Assembly (NCBI RefSeq): GCF_001194135.2
Contig: NC_068983.1
Location: forward strand, 109,101,781-109,165,780
Direction of reading: 5' to 3'
DNA length: 64,000 nt
From: Octopus bimaculoides
Lineage: Eukaryota
Shown here: piece by piece, positions 26,754-41,846 of the stretch
Numbering within the stretch: position 1 is the stretch's first letter
Layout of the letters: every line of letters starts with the position of its first letter
Translations under genes and position numbers: made by a program
Notes under the pieces: model-generated
Database searches by the model: none
Told to the model about the DNA's origin: nothing
Seen by the model: only the letters and a program-made list of their open reading frames with translations

Positions 26754-27552
26754 GAAAAGGAGTGTGTGTGTGTGTGTGTGTTGAGGTAGCAGAAAAGCTG
26801 TGGGGGTAAAGAAAGTGAGTGAAAGGAAAAGAGGCAGAGAAGGAGCTATAGATGGCAGTGGAAAAGTGATTGAGCTACAAAGTGGTGTGATGAGAGATAG
26901 GAATGATAGGGCAATGATTTAAGTGAGTTGGGAGATGGAAGGAGGGGTATGAATGGTAGAGAGATGAGCTGGTGGAAGTGAATGGGGAGATGTGTGAAAG
27001 AGGGAAAGTGATCAACAGATAGATAAGAGGATGCAGTCAGAATGCAAATGGTGGTAGTAAATATAAGCTGAGTAGATACTAATATAGTCATATATATATA
27101 TACATACTCACACTCTTAAACATGCATATGTATGCCAAAATATACATATACACACACACGTGTGTGCATGTGTGTATGTGTGTGTAAAGAGTAGAATAAA
27201 ACATGAATTTGGAGAACTGTGTAACCATCACAGTAAGCCCCTTTTTTTTTTGAATGAGGAACCTGTCACATGGTAATCACGATGTAGTGTAATGTAATGT
27301 GTCTGTCTAATATATGCACAAATGTACACACACAAACACACAGATTACAAGCTCTTTCCTGACCAGCTTTTCAATTTACATTTCACCATGGGTCTTCTGC
27401 AGTCTCACATATTTCCAGGTTTATATGATTTTTTTGTCATCACCTCTATGAGATACAGCATCTTTAGGTCAGCTGTAGCTTCATCTCAAGTCTTGCACAG
27501 TCTCTATTTTTCGGAGTACAACTAACTTGGAGCGCACAGTACTTCCTTATGC

Positions 27553-27738
27553 CAGTGGTCCACAACCGGTATACTGTGGCATACTGGTGTACCATGAGGT
27601 GATGATAAGTGTACCGCAGTGGAACCTGGATATAAATTTTTTCCCTATACTTTTAGTAATATTTTCAGTTTAGATGTGCTGCTGAATTTTGAAAAGAATA
27701 TAAGTGTACCACAAGTGAGAAAAGGTTGTGGAGCACTG
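27553..27738. mobile_element. 186-bp hAT-type MITE
   Basis: 15-bp TIRs CAGTGGTCCACAACC / GGTTGTGGAGCACTG (1 mismatch) and a perfect 8-bp TSD CCTTATGC at 27545-52 and 27739-46. Confidence 0.9.
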
Positions 27739-28149
27739 CCTTATGCAACAGTCATTCTCTATATGCAGCCTTCTCTCTTGCACACTGCATTTAATTACTC
27801 TTATTATAAATGTGGTTGTGTGTACATGTACATATCTGTGTAAAAAGTTATACACTGCACTTCACATCAAAATGCCGTGAATCACAAAAAGTTTTGTATT
27901 TTGACAATTATTTGATAACAAATTGTCTGCTGGTTCTGTACTTTCAAAGAAGAACAAGTTAAAAACATTCCATGCTTGAAAAATAGATAAGAGTTAATAA
28001 CAGGTGAAAATATCTATGTCTCAATAATATGTATTCATGAAACCCATGTTACCATAAAAACAAAAAATGTAAAATGGATTTATGAATGAACAATTACAGT
28101 TTTGGACATATGTGTATACATATGTGAATATATATTTGTAAGTACATAT

Positions 28150-28824
28150 ATACTCAGATTGTTGAAAAAATCGATTATAGGGCCCCTGGAAGAGATCCTT
28201 ATATCACTAATATATTTTATTTTAACAACCAAGGGAAATAACCCATTCATTTCCTTATATTATTTGGTATAAATCAAATTGAGTATGCTTATTTCTTAGT
28301 ATTTGAACTGTTGGAGTTATTTTCACAATGTATCCAGTATAACCCTTAAACAAGTATATAGTATTTTCCTAAACAATAGATCCACTTATTTTGGTTAGTG
28401 ACTTAATCACGAATATATCAACACTAGTGCCACTGAGGGTAATATTTTCTGGGAATGCACAAAATCCATTTTCAGAGTTATTTACTTTGAATTGTTATTA
28501 TCTCATGACTGATTTGCCTGTCATTAGGTAACATGCTTCACGATTTTAGTATACATACCTTATTGGTACTTCCTCCTAAGCTCTATATACTCTGGGAATG
28601 CATTAAAGTCCTTTTCGGGGTTACTTTATTTGAATTTTTACTATTGGGTAACTAACTTCATGTTATTACATAACTGACTTCACAATTTGGGTATTCATAA
28701 CTTAATGGGAATTCCTAAAAACAAGATTCAGTGTAAGACAGTTTGGTATTGTCTGTAAATGTACAAAAGCCATTTTAAGGGTTACATATTTTCTATTGCT
28801 GTTATTGGATTAGTGAAACAATCA

Positions 28825-28827
<3 letters not shown>
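28150..28827 (-). repeat. ~680-bp dispersed repeat, inverted copy of 48506-49195
   Basis: Collinear reverse-complement match. I counted 7 mismatches in an 87-nt sample (~92%). Confidence 0.9.
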
Positions 28828-28868
<41 letters not shown>

Positions 28869-28869
28869 C

Positions 28870-29465
28870 TGAATATACCAGAATATGTATGGTATGCACA
28901 TGAGCTCTGGTTTTCAGAAGAGGTATAGCATGCGCCTGAATATTATAAGGTTACTAAATATGTTAGTATCAGCAAGTCATCTGCTCAGTCAAGCTAAAGA
29001 GAGAGATGTCATCATCAAAATGAAAACAAGTGGGTGTACATCAGCCTACTCCTTGTTCTCCAGACCATAACAGAGGAATTCGATATTGTGACCATAGGAA
29101 CTACTTCATAACAATGATGTAATATTGATTGTTGAATTTGTTAATGATTGAAAAAAGCAAATTCAAATGTGGAAGCAAAACCTAGAACTGAGAGGTCTAA
29201 AAATCCCCAGCAAAGATTACAGGACTTTACTACAATCTGGTAAGTGGCAATATGTATTATGCAGAAAAATAGTTAATTATAGGTGATCAACAGGTGTAGT
29301 GGGATTACAAATCAGATGACTTTAAAAGAAGTATTCATTAGCAGATGATGAACTTGAGTAAATAACAGATCACACATGAAAGAAATTTTTATCAAATGCT
29401 TAGAAGGTCTCATAGAAGTGGGTGATAGTTTCTCCTACCTCAGTGGCCTAACTAGGAGTGTAGGT
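28870..29465 (+). mobile_element. Decayed RTE LINE RT fragment
   Basis: Aligns by eye to ~2860-3440 (e.g. CAAATGTGGAAGCAAAACCTAGAACTGAGAGG and GATAGTTTCTCCTACCT). Confidence 0.7.
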
Positions 29466-32400
29466 TAATTTTCCAAAAGTACAATAGCCCAGGGTGAAAA
29501 TAGTTTGCAAAGAGTTTAAGAATATTTTAGAGCTTATGGCAACAAAAGAATTCTTGATCTGGATGAAAGTCTAAATACTTGTGTACAAGCTATATTTTAA
29601 CCCATTATATTACATCCTATTTTTAATAGCTGTATCCACTTTCAGATACACTGTTAAAATGATTTCTTTCATATTTCCAAGACGCTTCTAAATTTTATAC
29701 AGTAAACAGACCAACTGCGTTAAGGATGAACATATGATGATGATGATGATGATGATGGACGCTTACTTTCCTATACACATAGATACATATACAGGTATGG
29801 CCAAGTAGTTAAGAAGCTTGGTTTGCAACCATATGTAGCTGAGCTCAGTTTTGCTGCATGTTACCTTCTACTATGGCCTTGATATGACTGAAACACCACA
29901 ATTGAAATTGGGTATACAGAATTAGTGCAGTATATAGAATCTGCAGATTAAGCTTAATTATCTTGTTTAATACAATTACCTGGCTCTTGTGTACATTTAG
30001 AGGAGTCTTTTTCTAGCCATGTTTCTAGTGTGAAAATAAATGTATTGCTTTCTACTGCAGTAATCTATGATTTGTGAAGTTTTTCTCTTTTTTTCAACTA
30101 AACTCTTACAGCAAGTAATGGCCATGGTTACTGTTCTTCCATCTATGACTAAAGTATAAAAAGGAGCTAAATGTGGCTTAGAAGTCTGAATGGGTCTCTG
30201 TTCCACTATTACCTAAATCAATTTGGTTATACTTTTGTGAATCTTAATAGATTTTCTGCAACAGTAAAATGTAAGCTCACTTTTTAACGAGGGAAGTTTT
30301 AGGCAAGAAATTTTAACATGACAAGTCTGACAAATGGAATATGAAAGAAGAATAACATAGTATTAAATATCATACATGCATATAGGCAACAAGATTTTTA
30401 TTAACTTTCATTTCAGAATTTGGATCTTGTCATTCAAACTAATTATATATTGTCTAAGATGCATGTAAGAAATAAAACCATCTTAAGTTACGTACCACAC
30501 ACTGAATGTCTACAGAAATGCTTGATTGGCTCAAAATGTTTGGAAGGCTTAGAAGCTATTTTTGAAAAAATGCAACTATTGAGAATGAAGTCAGTTTATA
30601 CCTTTCATTTCTCTTTCCTCTTTGACATGAATATGATGGAAGCTTTTGTTGCACAAAAATATTTGACAGCATCTTATGTTTTCTGAAACTGTATAACTGA
30701 TTACTTTAAATACGTTTAGTATTCTTATACTAACAGTCCTTATTACTGACTATAAGTAGTTACCAAATATAATAAAGCATTTTTACATGTCCTGCATATG
30801 ATTATATATTACTTACTGCATTAAGAAGATGGATTATACATTCATATTTGATTTAAGCAGCTAAATGTTTGCTTGTTACTGTATCATCTTAGCTAATACA
30901 TTCTGTTTTGACACAGCCTAAAAGATGTAAAAATAATTTTAACTATTCAGTTCACATATGTTATAGTTGAGTAATTGCATGAGAATCAGAAAATATTTTG
31001 GTTCTAGCTACTGACCCCCTCTACAAAGCTGAGTAGTAATCCAGTTTTGAGTACTACTCACATATCTGGGGTACTTTTATCATACTCATCACCCTCAAAT
31101 GCATCTAAAATAATGCTATTTGGTTGATTAGAAATGATTTAGTTGCCAAAACAATATAATCACAAACACACAAGCACTCTGATGCCATTACAGCATCCTC
31201 TGCTCTTCTGAACCTATAAGCTGTTTACCCTCACTGCCAAGTCTTAGATGATACCCATCATCTCACCCATGTCTCATTCCAGAGACATTAAATTTAAAAC
31301 CAATTTTACCTATCATACTGTCACAATACTGTTATTCTCTGGAATTCTTCTTAGCTATGTTATCTTTTCTACAAATGACTGACAGAATTCCAAGCTATTA
31401 TCAGCCATATGGATGTCACCACTTTAGAGAAGTCCACTCTATTAATTAATAAAACATATATATATATTATATATTTTGAATAACATCAGACTATAGGTTA
31501 TAAAACCCTAATTAAATGGATAAATATATGGTGTTAATGGTTGAAGCATATTTTTAAATGCAATTTTCTCTCTTTTTAATAGAGATTAAAACTAATACTT
31601 GCACAGATATTAATATTTGTAGATCATTAAACTGGTTGAAATGATTAAACACATCAAGATGACTCAATACTAATATTTGAAGATTAGATTTTACTATATA
31701 TCAGAGAATGCTACATGATGTGATTGATTCATCAGAAAAATAAATAGATATCACAGAAAAACTGGTGCACTGAAAAAAAAAGCAACCAATCTAGATAGAT
31801 GGGGATCAATGAGATGGGTATTCTATTCATTTTGCTCCAGAAGGAGAAAGCCCTACCACAACATTTCCAATTTGAATACTTAATATGTCAGGAGTAAAGA
31901 TCAATGTGCTTTGACAAAACACTCGAAATAAAAAAATATTTATATTTTTATATTTTCAATGAAATCCTTGGTTCTTTATTAAGGCAGTGAATGTTATTCT
32001 TATGACTATGGCTACTGCATATAGAAATGAGAGTAGCTTTTCAGCTATATTGATTTTTTTTCTTTATTTAGCTGACTTATTCCAGCAAATAAATAAATAT
32101 ATATTTCATCTGGAGGTAAAATATGCATGAGTAAGAGCTTCAAAATGAGCGACAAGATTCTACAGAAGCTTCTTATTTTCTAAGATAAATATATCAACTA
32201 CAGCAAATCTTACTGACATAATCATTGGAATTTAGTGAGAAGGGAAAAAGCTAGTGAGATATTATGTTATATTAACAGAATATGAGATTTTAATATATTT
32301 TGTAAAAGGACTTTGGCTATGCAAAAGTCTCAGTGGAACCTAAAAAATATACCTTATTGTATTATGTTAAAAGAGTAATTCAATTTTAATTTATCTAATA

Positions 32401-34116
32401 GTTTTTGGGAAATAATTGATAATTCATGAAGTTCTGCTGGGTGTTATTTTTGAAGAATAGAAAACTAGATCTAAAAAAATTATTTGGAAAAAAAATATGT
32501 ATATAATTACATCAGCTATATTTGTTATAAGTTATATATGATGGTATGACAGGCAAGAAAACATTCTAGTAATTTTTTTTATTAACAACATTATATTCAG
32601 AGAAAAAAAATTGTAACATTATTCTATTTATATAATTTTGTGTTTTTTTTTATATCAAGTAGTTTTAGGATAATAAATTTGTTGAAATCTTTTTCATGCA
32701 CTTAATATCATTGATGGACCTAGGATGTTTAATAAATAAATAAATAAATAAAATGAAAAATATAGAATATATTTGTATAAACAGCATTATCATTTTAATT
32801 TTCAGAAATAAAATTGAATGTAACACTGATGGATTTTTACAATGATAATGGTGTTTACAATTCAAAAATAAATAAATAAAAATCTCAAAATTAAAGGAAA
32901 CAAAATAAAACTATGTGAAAAATCAACACATATGAACCCATCCCTGAAAATATGAAATAAATTATAATGTTGTTTATCTAGATGGAAAAAAATAAAGTGT
33001 TAGCAAAATGTTTCTATAACCAATAAATAAATAAATAACTGAAAATAATGTAATTGAAATGGAATACTTTTCTAGTTTAGAGTATAGCTAGAAAAACAAA
33101 ACAGATCTGAAATAAACAAAATTATGCATTAAAAAAAAGTATGTAAGAATTTAAATCTTAAAATCTTTATGTAAATTTACTTCAGAAGAAAATTTGCAAA
33201 ACATTAAGTAAAATTAAAAAACAAAAATAATTATATGTCTATGTTATATAGGAAATATTTAATACAAAATGCTAAAGAAATTTTCTCATCACAATTTTAT
33301 ATACTTGTTTCTATTTAAGGATCTTTGATGTCAGAAAAAAATTATCTCCAAATATTGGATATAATACACTCAATGGAAATGAAAGAGAAAACACATATTC
33401 CTAATCTTTACAGAGTAGGGAAATATATTTCACGTTATGATCAGTGAAGCAAGGAATTTTAATGTTATAAGTTTCCAAGAGGTGACTTTACTGTACAGTA
33501 GGAGCTGATAGATTTTCTGCAAAGATATTTTCTCATCTTCTTGGCTAATTGTTCATAATGAATAGGTTTTAAATTCAAAGAAAATAAAGGGTGTTTTCTT
33601 TTGCAAGTGTGGATATGTTTGCTGATGACAAAAATTCCCTATTTTAAGTGTGAAAAATAGTACTCAGGTGAACTAAACGATTTAATAAAAAGCATTTTGT
33701 GATGTCAAGCTTGGATAAAAAGAAATTGTATATAACATGTAAAAAATGTGATGTGATAAAATGAAAATGTTGAGGAACAGAAATGCAAGTGGGGAAAGTA
33801 TATACAAGGTAGATTAGAGAAGCTGATACTTTTCTGGTAATGGTAGAATTAACAGAATGAAGCAAACAATGCTAAACTAAGGGCCAGAATATTTATGTTA
33901 GTGAAGTTTCCTAAACAGTAAATTTCTTTTACAGAATATGGTGTAGTGTTGTTTACTGGTATTAAAATTTTATCTTTCAGAAGAAAAGTTAGCTAGTAAG
34001 AGCAGACATGGCTGTGTAGTTACAAAGGTCGCTGTGCAATCATATTATCTTGTGTTCAACCGACTTCATGGCATCTTGAGCATGTGCCTTTTACTTATCA
34101 CCTTGTAAGTAATATA

Positions 34117-35040
34117 CAGAATGAGTCAGTTTTTTAGGACAGCTTTCAAAAGCTCTAATATTTTACTAAGACAATTTTTTACCTTTCTTTTCATATAGAT
34201 AGCATCAGACATCAGGTTGACTCAGCAAATGAAAAGGCATGCTGCAACAGTTGCTTTAACAGTACAGCATAAAGATACAGAGACAACTTGCTTCATGAAT
34301 GTTGTCTGGTCCTTCATTGTCAAAGTTCAAAAGGAGCTTGATGCAGCTGATTGTGATCTAACATCAGCAGCTAATGCATGCACAGGGTTCCAACAAAACA
34401 TAGCTTTGTACAAAAGGTTCAAGAAATAATCAATAAAAAACCCCCAGATATTCTATCAGGGCTGTTGCAAAGGACCTCAAAGTTTCAAAATGCACTCTCT
34501 TTGCTGTGCATGTGGACATCGAATACAAGTCGTATGCAATGCAGAGGAATCAGTCTATGTTGGATGTTACAAGAGAAAATTATTCAATTTGTGCAAAGTG
34601 CTTGCTAAATGCGTTAAAACACCAAGAGATTGGAATTCTTTGGTTTCTCTCTGATAAGAAAAACTGAAGAAATGGCAGATGGCTATGCAGAGACCCAAAT
34701 ACAGTTCCAACAGTTATGGATGCTAAATTCCTAGCAACTGTGATGGTTGTGAGAGTTGTCAGGAAGGAGAGAGATGTCATGTCATCTCACTATTTTCACA
34801 GGGCTTAAAAGTCAATGTTGCTGTCAACACAGAGACATTGCAAATATGTAAATGGATTTACAGAAAATAAAGAAATTTGTGAACACAGGAAGGATGTAAG
34901 AATCAGGTAAATACCCTTTAGAAGGCAGAACAAAAAAGTGGCCAGCAAAACTTCACAAGGAATTGAACCGTGTACCTCACAAATTTCAATTGAGCACTCG
35001 TACCAATAAGCTAAGAGACCCCTGACAACAAATTCCATCT
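34117..35040 (+). mobile_element. maT/DD37D-like Tc1-mariner element remnant
   Basis: TA followed by a CAGAATGAGTCA terminus. Translates to MKRHAATVAL...VVWSFIVKVQKEL and VPTVMDAKFLATVMVVRVV...VMSSHYFSQGLKVN, resembling maT transposases. Confidence 0.7.
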
Positions 35041-36189
35041 AATTACAATGCTAAATAAAAGCTTTTTGGGAATGTGGGAACATTTCGTACTTATTTTGTT
35101 TAGAAGAATTAAACTGAACTGCAAAAAGATCATGAATAATAGAAAATATATTTTCTTATTATTCTAATCACCTTAGTTCAAATATATCTATACTTTGGAC
35201 CAATCAAGTTATGACTAAAGTTATGGCATATTTTAACCTGACTTGGAGCAATCTGCAGGTTCAGCACTCTCATTATGATACAATTTTGTTTGGTTTGTGA
35301 TAACACTCTGTACAACATCCGTTATTGTAAAGAGTAGTTTTGTAGTAAGACCATGGTGCATTTGCTATTGAAACTACTAAGCTGTTTTAATGCTTGAATT
35401 AGATTTAATCAATACTTATCAGAATTTTGTTCAGATGTTTAGCAAACGTACATATACTTAGTGCTACTCAGTTAATGGTATAATTATTTCTCTTGATGCA
35501 TATCCTATACATACCACTGGATCATTATTTAGTTGCTGCTGTTTAGCCTCAAATCAGTCTGGATCAAACAGATTTATAATTAAAGGCATTCCAGATGTGA
35601 CTATCCCATTATTATCTTTAAGGGTATTTTTGATTACATGTCATTCCCTTATTTAAAACAGGTGTAACTGGAGGAAGACTAGGTTATTTTTATCAAGTTG
35701 AGCATTCACATAAATGTTCTCTTGATGGTTCAATAAGTTGAATAAACTACTGAAATAGAAGTAGATGTACTTAAAAAATGCAAGACAACATTTTTTGATA
35801 TTCAATTACATTAATCTTTGTAACTTTGTTTATCATATTAAAAAAAAAATCTATACATCTATCGATATATTTTTATGCTTTGATATATATTTTTTCAGAG
35901 TTCATTTTGTCTGAAGCATCAATCTAATTCAAATATTCATGGAAGTGTGAAAATGGTTGCATGAAAATAAAAATGTAAATATATTTGTATGCTATGTCCT
36001 CTACTGTTTTACTTATCAAAATAGAATAGACAGATAATTCATGTGATAATCAAAATGTAAGTGGAACAGATCATAATGTATCTATTTATTACATAGAACA
36101 ATAGTTTCTTTTTCTCTTTTACAATTTTGTGGAAGGTACTATAAATACATACATCTACATGGAAAAGGTCTTGTTTCATATACTTAGTA

Positions 36190-36495
36190 CTGGCACTCCA
36201 TTGGTTACAACAGTAACGGTTCCAGTTGATCTGATGAATGGAACAGCCTGCATGTGTAATTAAAATGCAAGTGGCTGAGCACTCCACAAATGTGTCAACC
36301 CTTAATGTAGTCCTCAGGGAGATTCAGCATGATACAAGATGGAAAATACAAGTCCTACTCGTTTTTGCCAGCTGAGTGGACTGGAACAACATGAAATAAA
36401 GTGTCTTGCTCAAGGACACAATGCACCACCAGGAACTGAACTCACCACCTTATGATCGTAAGCCAAATTCCCCTAACCACTAAGCCACACACCTG
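36190..36495 (-). mobile_element. tRNA-derived SINE, near full length
   Basis: The minus strand starts GTGTGGCTTAGTGGTTAGGG (A box)...GAGTTCAGTTCCTGG (B box), followed by CTTGAGCAAGACACTT. Confidence 0.75.
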
Positions 36496-36999
36496 TACTT
36501 AATAATAAAGAATACAACAACAAAAAAATTCACTTTAATCAGAAATATAATGGAAGGTTAAATCCTCTCCAGTCTTGATGTATGTTTTAGCATCATTACA
36601 ATCATATGCCTCGTCTATAAAAATTTCCTTCCACATATCACAAAATATGTAATAAAGCAATTGCAAGGTTATCTATAGTTGTGCCTTTAATTTTGTTGTC
36701 CCCATCTCTAAATGAAGTAATAATAAGCTTAATATCACAAATAGTCTCATGGTGTAACTATGTTGAACTCTCCTCTTTTCCCTCTTAATAGTATGTGCCT
36801 CACTAAGGCTTTAGTTTATTGAGAAAATATTCACTTCAAGTACAAACCCAAAATGAAGTCTCATAGTAGGCTTGCAAAGTATTCATTCAAGAATATACAT
36901 ACACAGCATATACACACTTAAGAAAAACAGCGCAATTCTATTAGCAAAATATATCTGAATCTTAAATGAATGCAACATTGAGAACTTTAAAATAGGGTG

Positions 37000-37400
37000 A
37001 TCTATGGCAGAGCTCTGTAGGAGCTAATCCTGCACTGAGTTCATATAGAAGATCATCATGAAGTGAATGTTTCTTGAGAGTTTACCACCAACCAACAAAG
37101 TGTTATGCATATTCTTTTTGAGCATGAGTTGATGTATTTATTTTTGTTGCTATTGTTTAGTAGATGCTATGTGGTTCATTTTATACAACAATCCAAGGCT
37201 GCCTACTGATTTTAAGCCTCATCCTTCCTCTTTCCTTTTGAGATACAGTCTGGCAATATCAGTTTTTCAAGAAATGTGCAGCTGATATCAGGACCTTGCT
37301 GACTTACTAACCATGGAACAGATTCCTTTTTTTAGACTAGTAGAGTATCCACAAGTTTGGTATCAATAAAGGTAATGCAAGTGCATTATATGATATTGCC
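37000..37400 (-). mobile_element. Decayed non-LTR retrotransposon remnant (R4/Dong- or RTEX-like)
   Basis: Minus-strand DIARLYLKRKEEG*GLKS (37214-37260) resembles the conserved post-RT motif D..RLY..RK.GGRGL. Confidence 0.4.
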
Positions 37401-38425
37401 TTTTTTTTAAGAGGATAAGTCTGATTGCTGTTTGTTTGTTTCATATATGTATGTATATACGCATGTATGTATGAGTGCTTCTATATTTAAATATATATAA
37501 TCATGTATTTTCAGTAGATGGTAACACTATGTATAACCATTTGAACATAGCTGCTTATACAGCAAAAATTATATGAAGGTGTTTGAGCAACTGAATAACG
37601 TGTTGAATGCACAATTGTATTACTACTGGTTTGACTCCTGGACCATGTGTTGTATTGTGTCCTTGAGCAAGGCACATCATTTCACATTACTCCAGTCTTC
37701 TCAGTTGAAAATGAGTAACAGCCAAATATTCATGAAGTTCCCCCACCTCTCTTTCTCTCTCTCTGCAGCTGTCATGTAATTGTTTTCGACTAATTCAAGG
37801 GTAGGAGATCTGAGAAGTTGTCTATGTTGGCTCAGGATTATATAGACACCTAAATTGTTACTACCATGCTAGCAGTCATATTCAATTGCAATTAATGGCT
37901 ATTGTTTGGCATATATAGAAGATATTATTAGCATAATTGCTGAAATCTTGTGAATCTTACACTCAAAGTGTCCAACCATCTAAATTAAAATTAAATCACA
38001 CCTATGAGCTATTGAAATAGTAATATCAATATATTATGAGGTAGTTTAACTTGTCTATGCAAACGAAACTGCAGGATATATAAGTAATAAATATTTTCAC
38101 AAGGAGTAAATAATGAAGTGAATCCTGAAAACATCTATGATGTGCTGATATATATGATCTGATGAGTTATTTTTCTCTACTATGCATCTTTTTGTAATGT
38201 ACGATTGTATTATGTAATGCCAAATATGCATATTGATGTCAAATATATGTATTAATTCAGAGTGTTGAAGTAAATAATACTATGCTGAGAATATTATGAA
38301 ATGGTGATAATCATATGGAAACACACCATATAGAAATAGCAAATTCAAATTCACCTCTCAAACCTCATAATTATTAATATATTAATATGTATAATTTTTG
38401 CATTTTGCTTGTAAAATTTTTAATG

Positions 38426-38462
<37 letters not shown>

Positions 38463-38499
38463 ATATATATATGTGTATGTATACATAAAAGTTTGCCAA

Positions 38500-39205
38500 T
38501 GTTTTGTGGTGTGAGGACCAGAGGCTTAAAGTACTTTGGATTGCAATACAGTGTATCAGAGAAAACTGTGAGATTATAGGAGAGAAGTGGATGATGACTC
38601 ACTTGCAGTTAGTGATTCAGGAAAAGAAGGAGGCATGGAAGTGCTACGATGTAAGGTTACTAAATGGAGAAAATGCATGGGAGAAAGAGAGCCCGTCTAA
38701 TATAGACCCAACAGAGGGAGTGGCTATCAGAATCAGTAATAGCTTAGTAAATAAAGCAATTAAGGATATAAAGACAGAGAAATCTCCTGGCCTATCAGGA
38801 ACCACCATTGACATCCTTGAAATATCTGGTGGGGTGTGATATGGCCTAGTCACTCATGTAGCTCATTAAGTTGTGTGCGAGGGAGTCAAACCCAATGACT
38901 GTTGTAACAGCACTATAGTCAATTGCTACATAGGTAAAAGTGATGCCTTATATAGAAAAAATTACAGAGGTATCAAATTGCTGGACCAAGTGATGAAAAT
39001 TACAGAAAGGGTCATAGCTCAATTAATTAGGAAAAGAGTTAGCCTAGATGAGATGCAGTTTGGGTTTTTGCCAGAAAGAAGCGCTACTGATGCTATCTTC
39101 CTGGCGAGGTAACTGCAGAAATACTTAGCCAAAAATAATCTTTGTGTAGGCTTTTGTTGGCACAGAGAAAGCCTTTGACAGGGACCCTCACTCCCTTATC
39201 TGGTG
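38500..39205 (+). mobile_element. RTE LINE RT fragment, same family as 2283-3725
   Basis: Translates to KSPGLSGTTIDILEISGG, NYRGIKLLDQVMK and QFGFLPERSATDAIFL; aligns with 2283-2840. Confidence 0.85.
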
Positions 39206-39269
39206 GGCAATATATATATATGTTGTTTACACCACCTGTCTTCGTCTGTTGTTTTTTTCGTAAATTCTT

Positions 39270-39376
<107 letters not shown>

Positions 39377-39419
39377 CACACACACACACACACACACACA
39401 TACTTGGTCTGCTTGAGAA

Positions 39420-39720
39420 GTAAAATCAAGGTTGTCCTTACATACATCCCTCTCCAGCTGAGTGTTCCTAATCTTGTGGGCTCATAAGTACTGGTGCCAT
39501 GTAAAATGCACCTGTGCTGGAGCCATATACACACACCCATGCTGGTGCTGTGTAAGAGCACTCAGTACACTCTGTAAAATGGTTGGCATTAGGAAGGGCA
39601 TCCAGACATAGAAACCATGCCAAAACAGACATGGAGCCGGGCAGCTCTTCAGCTGACCAGTTCCTGTCAAACCACCCAACCCATACCAGCATGGAAAATA
39701 GACGTTAAATGATGATGATG
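39420..39720 (+). mobile_element. RTE LINE 3' UTR with (GAT)n tail
   Basis: GGTTGGCATTAGGAAGGGCATCCAG...CCCATACCAGCATGGAAA.TAGACGTTAAATGATGATG. Confidence 0.75.
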
Positions 39721-39879
39721 GCATGTATTCATGTGTGCATACATATGAGCTTGCATATGTATGAACATACATATGTACACACACATGCATGTACAAAAAC
39801 ACATGTGTGCATGCACACACACATATATTTATATACATATGGGGGTGTATAAGCTAAAATGCATTTAGAAATCTTTAGT

Positions 39880-40515
39880 TCTTCACTTTTATAATCCTCT
39901 CTACTCCACTGTTCCACCACCATGCCACACTTCGTTTTGCTGGAACATTGCAGTAGCTACAGATTTGGTCCATGGTCTTCAGTAGGTTGTTCCTCATGAA
40001 TTTCCAGGTGTTCTCCATTTTACACATCTCTATCATCTCTCTTTCATCAAATGCTTTAATTAGAACTTCTCTAAATCTCTGCTTGTTTGATAGATCTGTT
40101 AGCCTCCATATCTTCCTCTTCCAAACTAGTTTGTGTTTGTCAGTCCTTCTAGCACTAAATCTGAAATCACAATCCACTTACTTATGTTGGTTAAACATTC
40201 TTCATGAGGGGGGGGGGGGNNNNNNNNNNGGGACTTTGCAGTTACAACTATCTGTCCAGCCTGCTTTCTGGTTAGAATATAAACAATCTGGCCTGTAAGC
40301 ACTCCAAATTGATTGATGACCTGGTGACCAATTAGTTTACTGATTTTAGTGTTGCAGATCATCAAGTCCAGCAGCCTTCTTCCCTTCTCATTTTAAGAAT
40401 CAAATCTATTGCCTCCATGCAATGGACAGGTTGGGCAGCATCCATGTGGGTGCTGCCCAACATGTCTGTTGAAGTCATCAACCATTAAGATAAAGTTACT
40501 GTCATTTGTCATCAA
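39880..40515 (-). mobile_element. RTE LINE endonuclease/linker fragment
   Basis: Minus-strand KRKIWRLTD...W.F.R.NLLK..DQIC...VAWWWNSGVERII linker motif, with endonuclease-like remnants upstream. Confidence 0.7.
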
Positions 40516-40567
40516 GGTAGTCAGCAAAAAAAAAATTCATCATGAAAATGATATGTGCATATATATA

Positions 40568-41846
40568 TCAGGTTGAGTAAAAAGCAATGTTTTGAACCAT
40601 GAAGAATTTGTACCTGATTTTTGCAGAGTTTTGAATTGTTTTAAAACATTTTTGAAATTGTCTGATAATACAGACATAAACTTGCCCAAATGCATCAATA
40701 AATTAACATTGGTATTTTTTTATCGTTGTTACCATCATCTGAAATGGAACTGTCAAAGCGCAATATTTGAACAATTTTGCGATTCAACTTCAAAAATTAA
40801 AAAAAGATGTAGAGCAGCTGAAACTCCTTGTGATATCAATTAAGCATTTGTTGAGAAAATGGCCTGTGAGTGGTCAGCTAGAAAAGGGTTTAAAAGATTT
40901 CACAGTGGAGACCTGAGCCTTGAAGATCATGAGTGTAGTGGACACCCATCTGTCATTGATGATGATCAATTACAGACTGTCATTGAGAAAGATCTACATA
41001 TAACCACTGGAGAACTGGCAAAAGAACTTCAAGTTAGCCATTAAACAGCCTGCAATCATTTGCATGCGATCAGAAAATCAAAAAAATCTCAACAAATGAG
41101 TACCACATGATTTGAATGAACATCAGATAATGAACAGATATGAAATTTGTTCATAGCTTCTTCTCAGTAACCAGACTGATCAATTTCTCAACTGTATTGT
41201 AGCTTGCAATGAAAAGTGGATTCTGTGCAATAATAAAAAACATTCTTTGCAGTGGTTGGACCAAAATGAAGCACTCCCTAAACCCCAAACCCCAGCTCTT
41301 CAAAAAGAAGGTTATGGCAACTGTTTGGTGGTGTACTGCTGGACTCATCCACTATAAATTCATAAAACCCAGAGAAACCACTACTGCAGAAACACATTGC
41401 CATGAAATTGTCAAAATGAACAAAAAACTGCTACTCCTCTGTCTAAGACCAGTCAACAGAAGAGGGTCAATAATTTTTCATGATAATGCTTGACCACATG
41501 TTTCACTAATGATGCTCCAGAAGTTGAGGGAACTTGGCTACAAAGTTCTTCCCCATCCAACTTATTCTCCAGATCTTTTTTCTCCAGAATACCACTTTTC
41601 AAGCTCCTTGATGGTTTCCTGTGAGAGAAGGAGTTCAAAACTCAAACTGATGCTAAAAGTGCATTCAAAGAGTTCATCAGCTCCAGAACTCCAGATTTTT
41701 ACCAGAATAAACAAACTTGTAACTCTTTGGCAAAAATGTGTTGATTGTAATGGTACTTACTTTTATGAAAAAAATTTCTGCATTGTTGAAATATATTGTG
41801 ATGAATTTCATGTTTCAAAACGTTGTTTACTTTTTACTCAGCCTGA
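40568..41846 (+). mobile_element. Full-length decayed mariner (DD34D class) with both TIRs
   Basis: TIRs TCAGGTTGAGTAAAAAG at 40568 and CTTTTTACTCAGCCTGA ending at 41846, with TA on the left. Motifs (W)VPHDL, C(D>N)EKWI, IFHDNA and HPTYSPDL are present; the third catalytic position reads E; many stops. Confidence 0.92.

Noticed and set aside
29997-30686. ORFs 29997-30206 (-) and 30420-30686 (+)
   Set aside because: No homology recognised, and lengths are within random expectation for AT-rich DNA.
40207-40229. 13-nt poly-G tract next to a 10-N gap
   Set aside because: Its length is unreliable at a contig edge and it is likely a sequencing stall site; there is no evidence of function.
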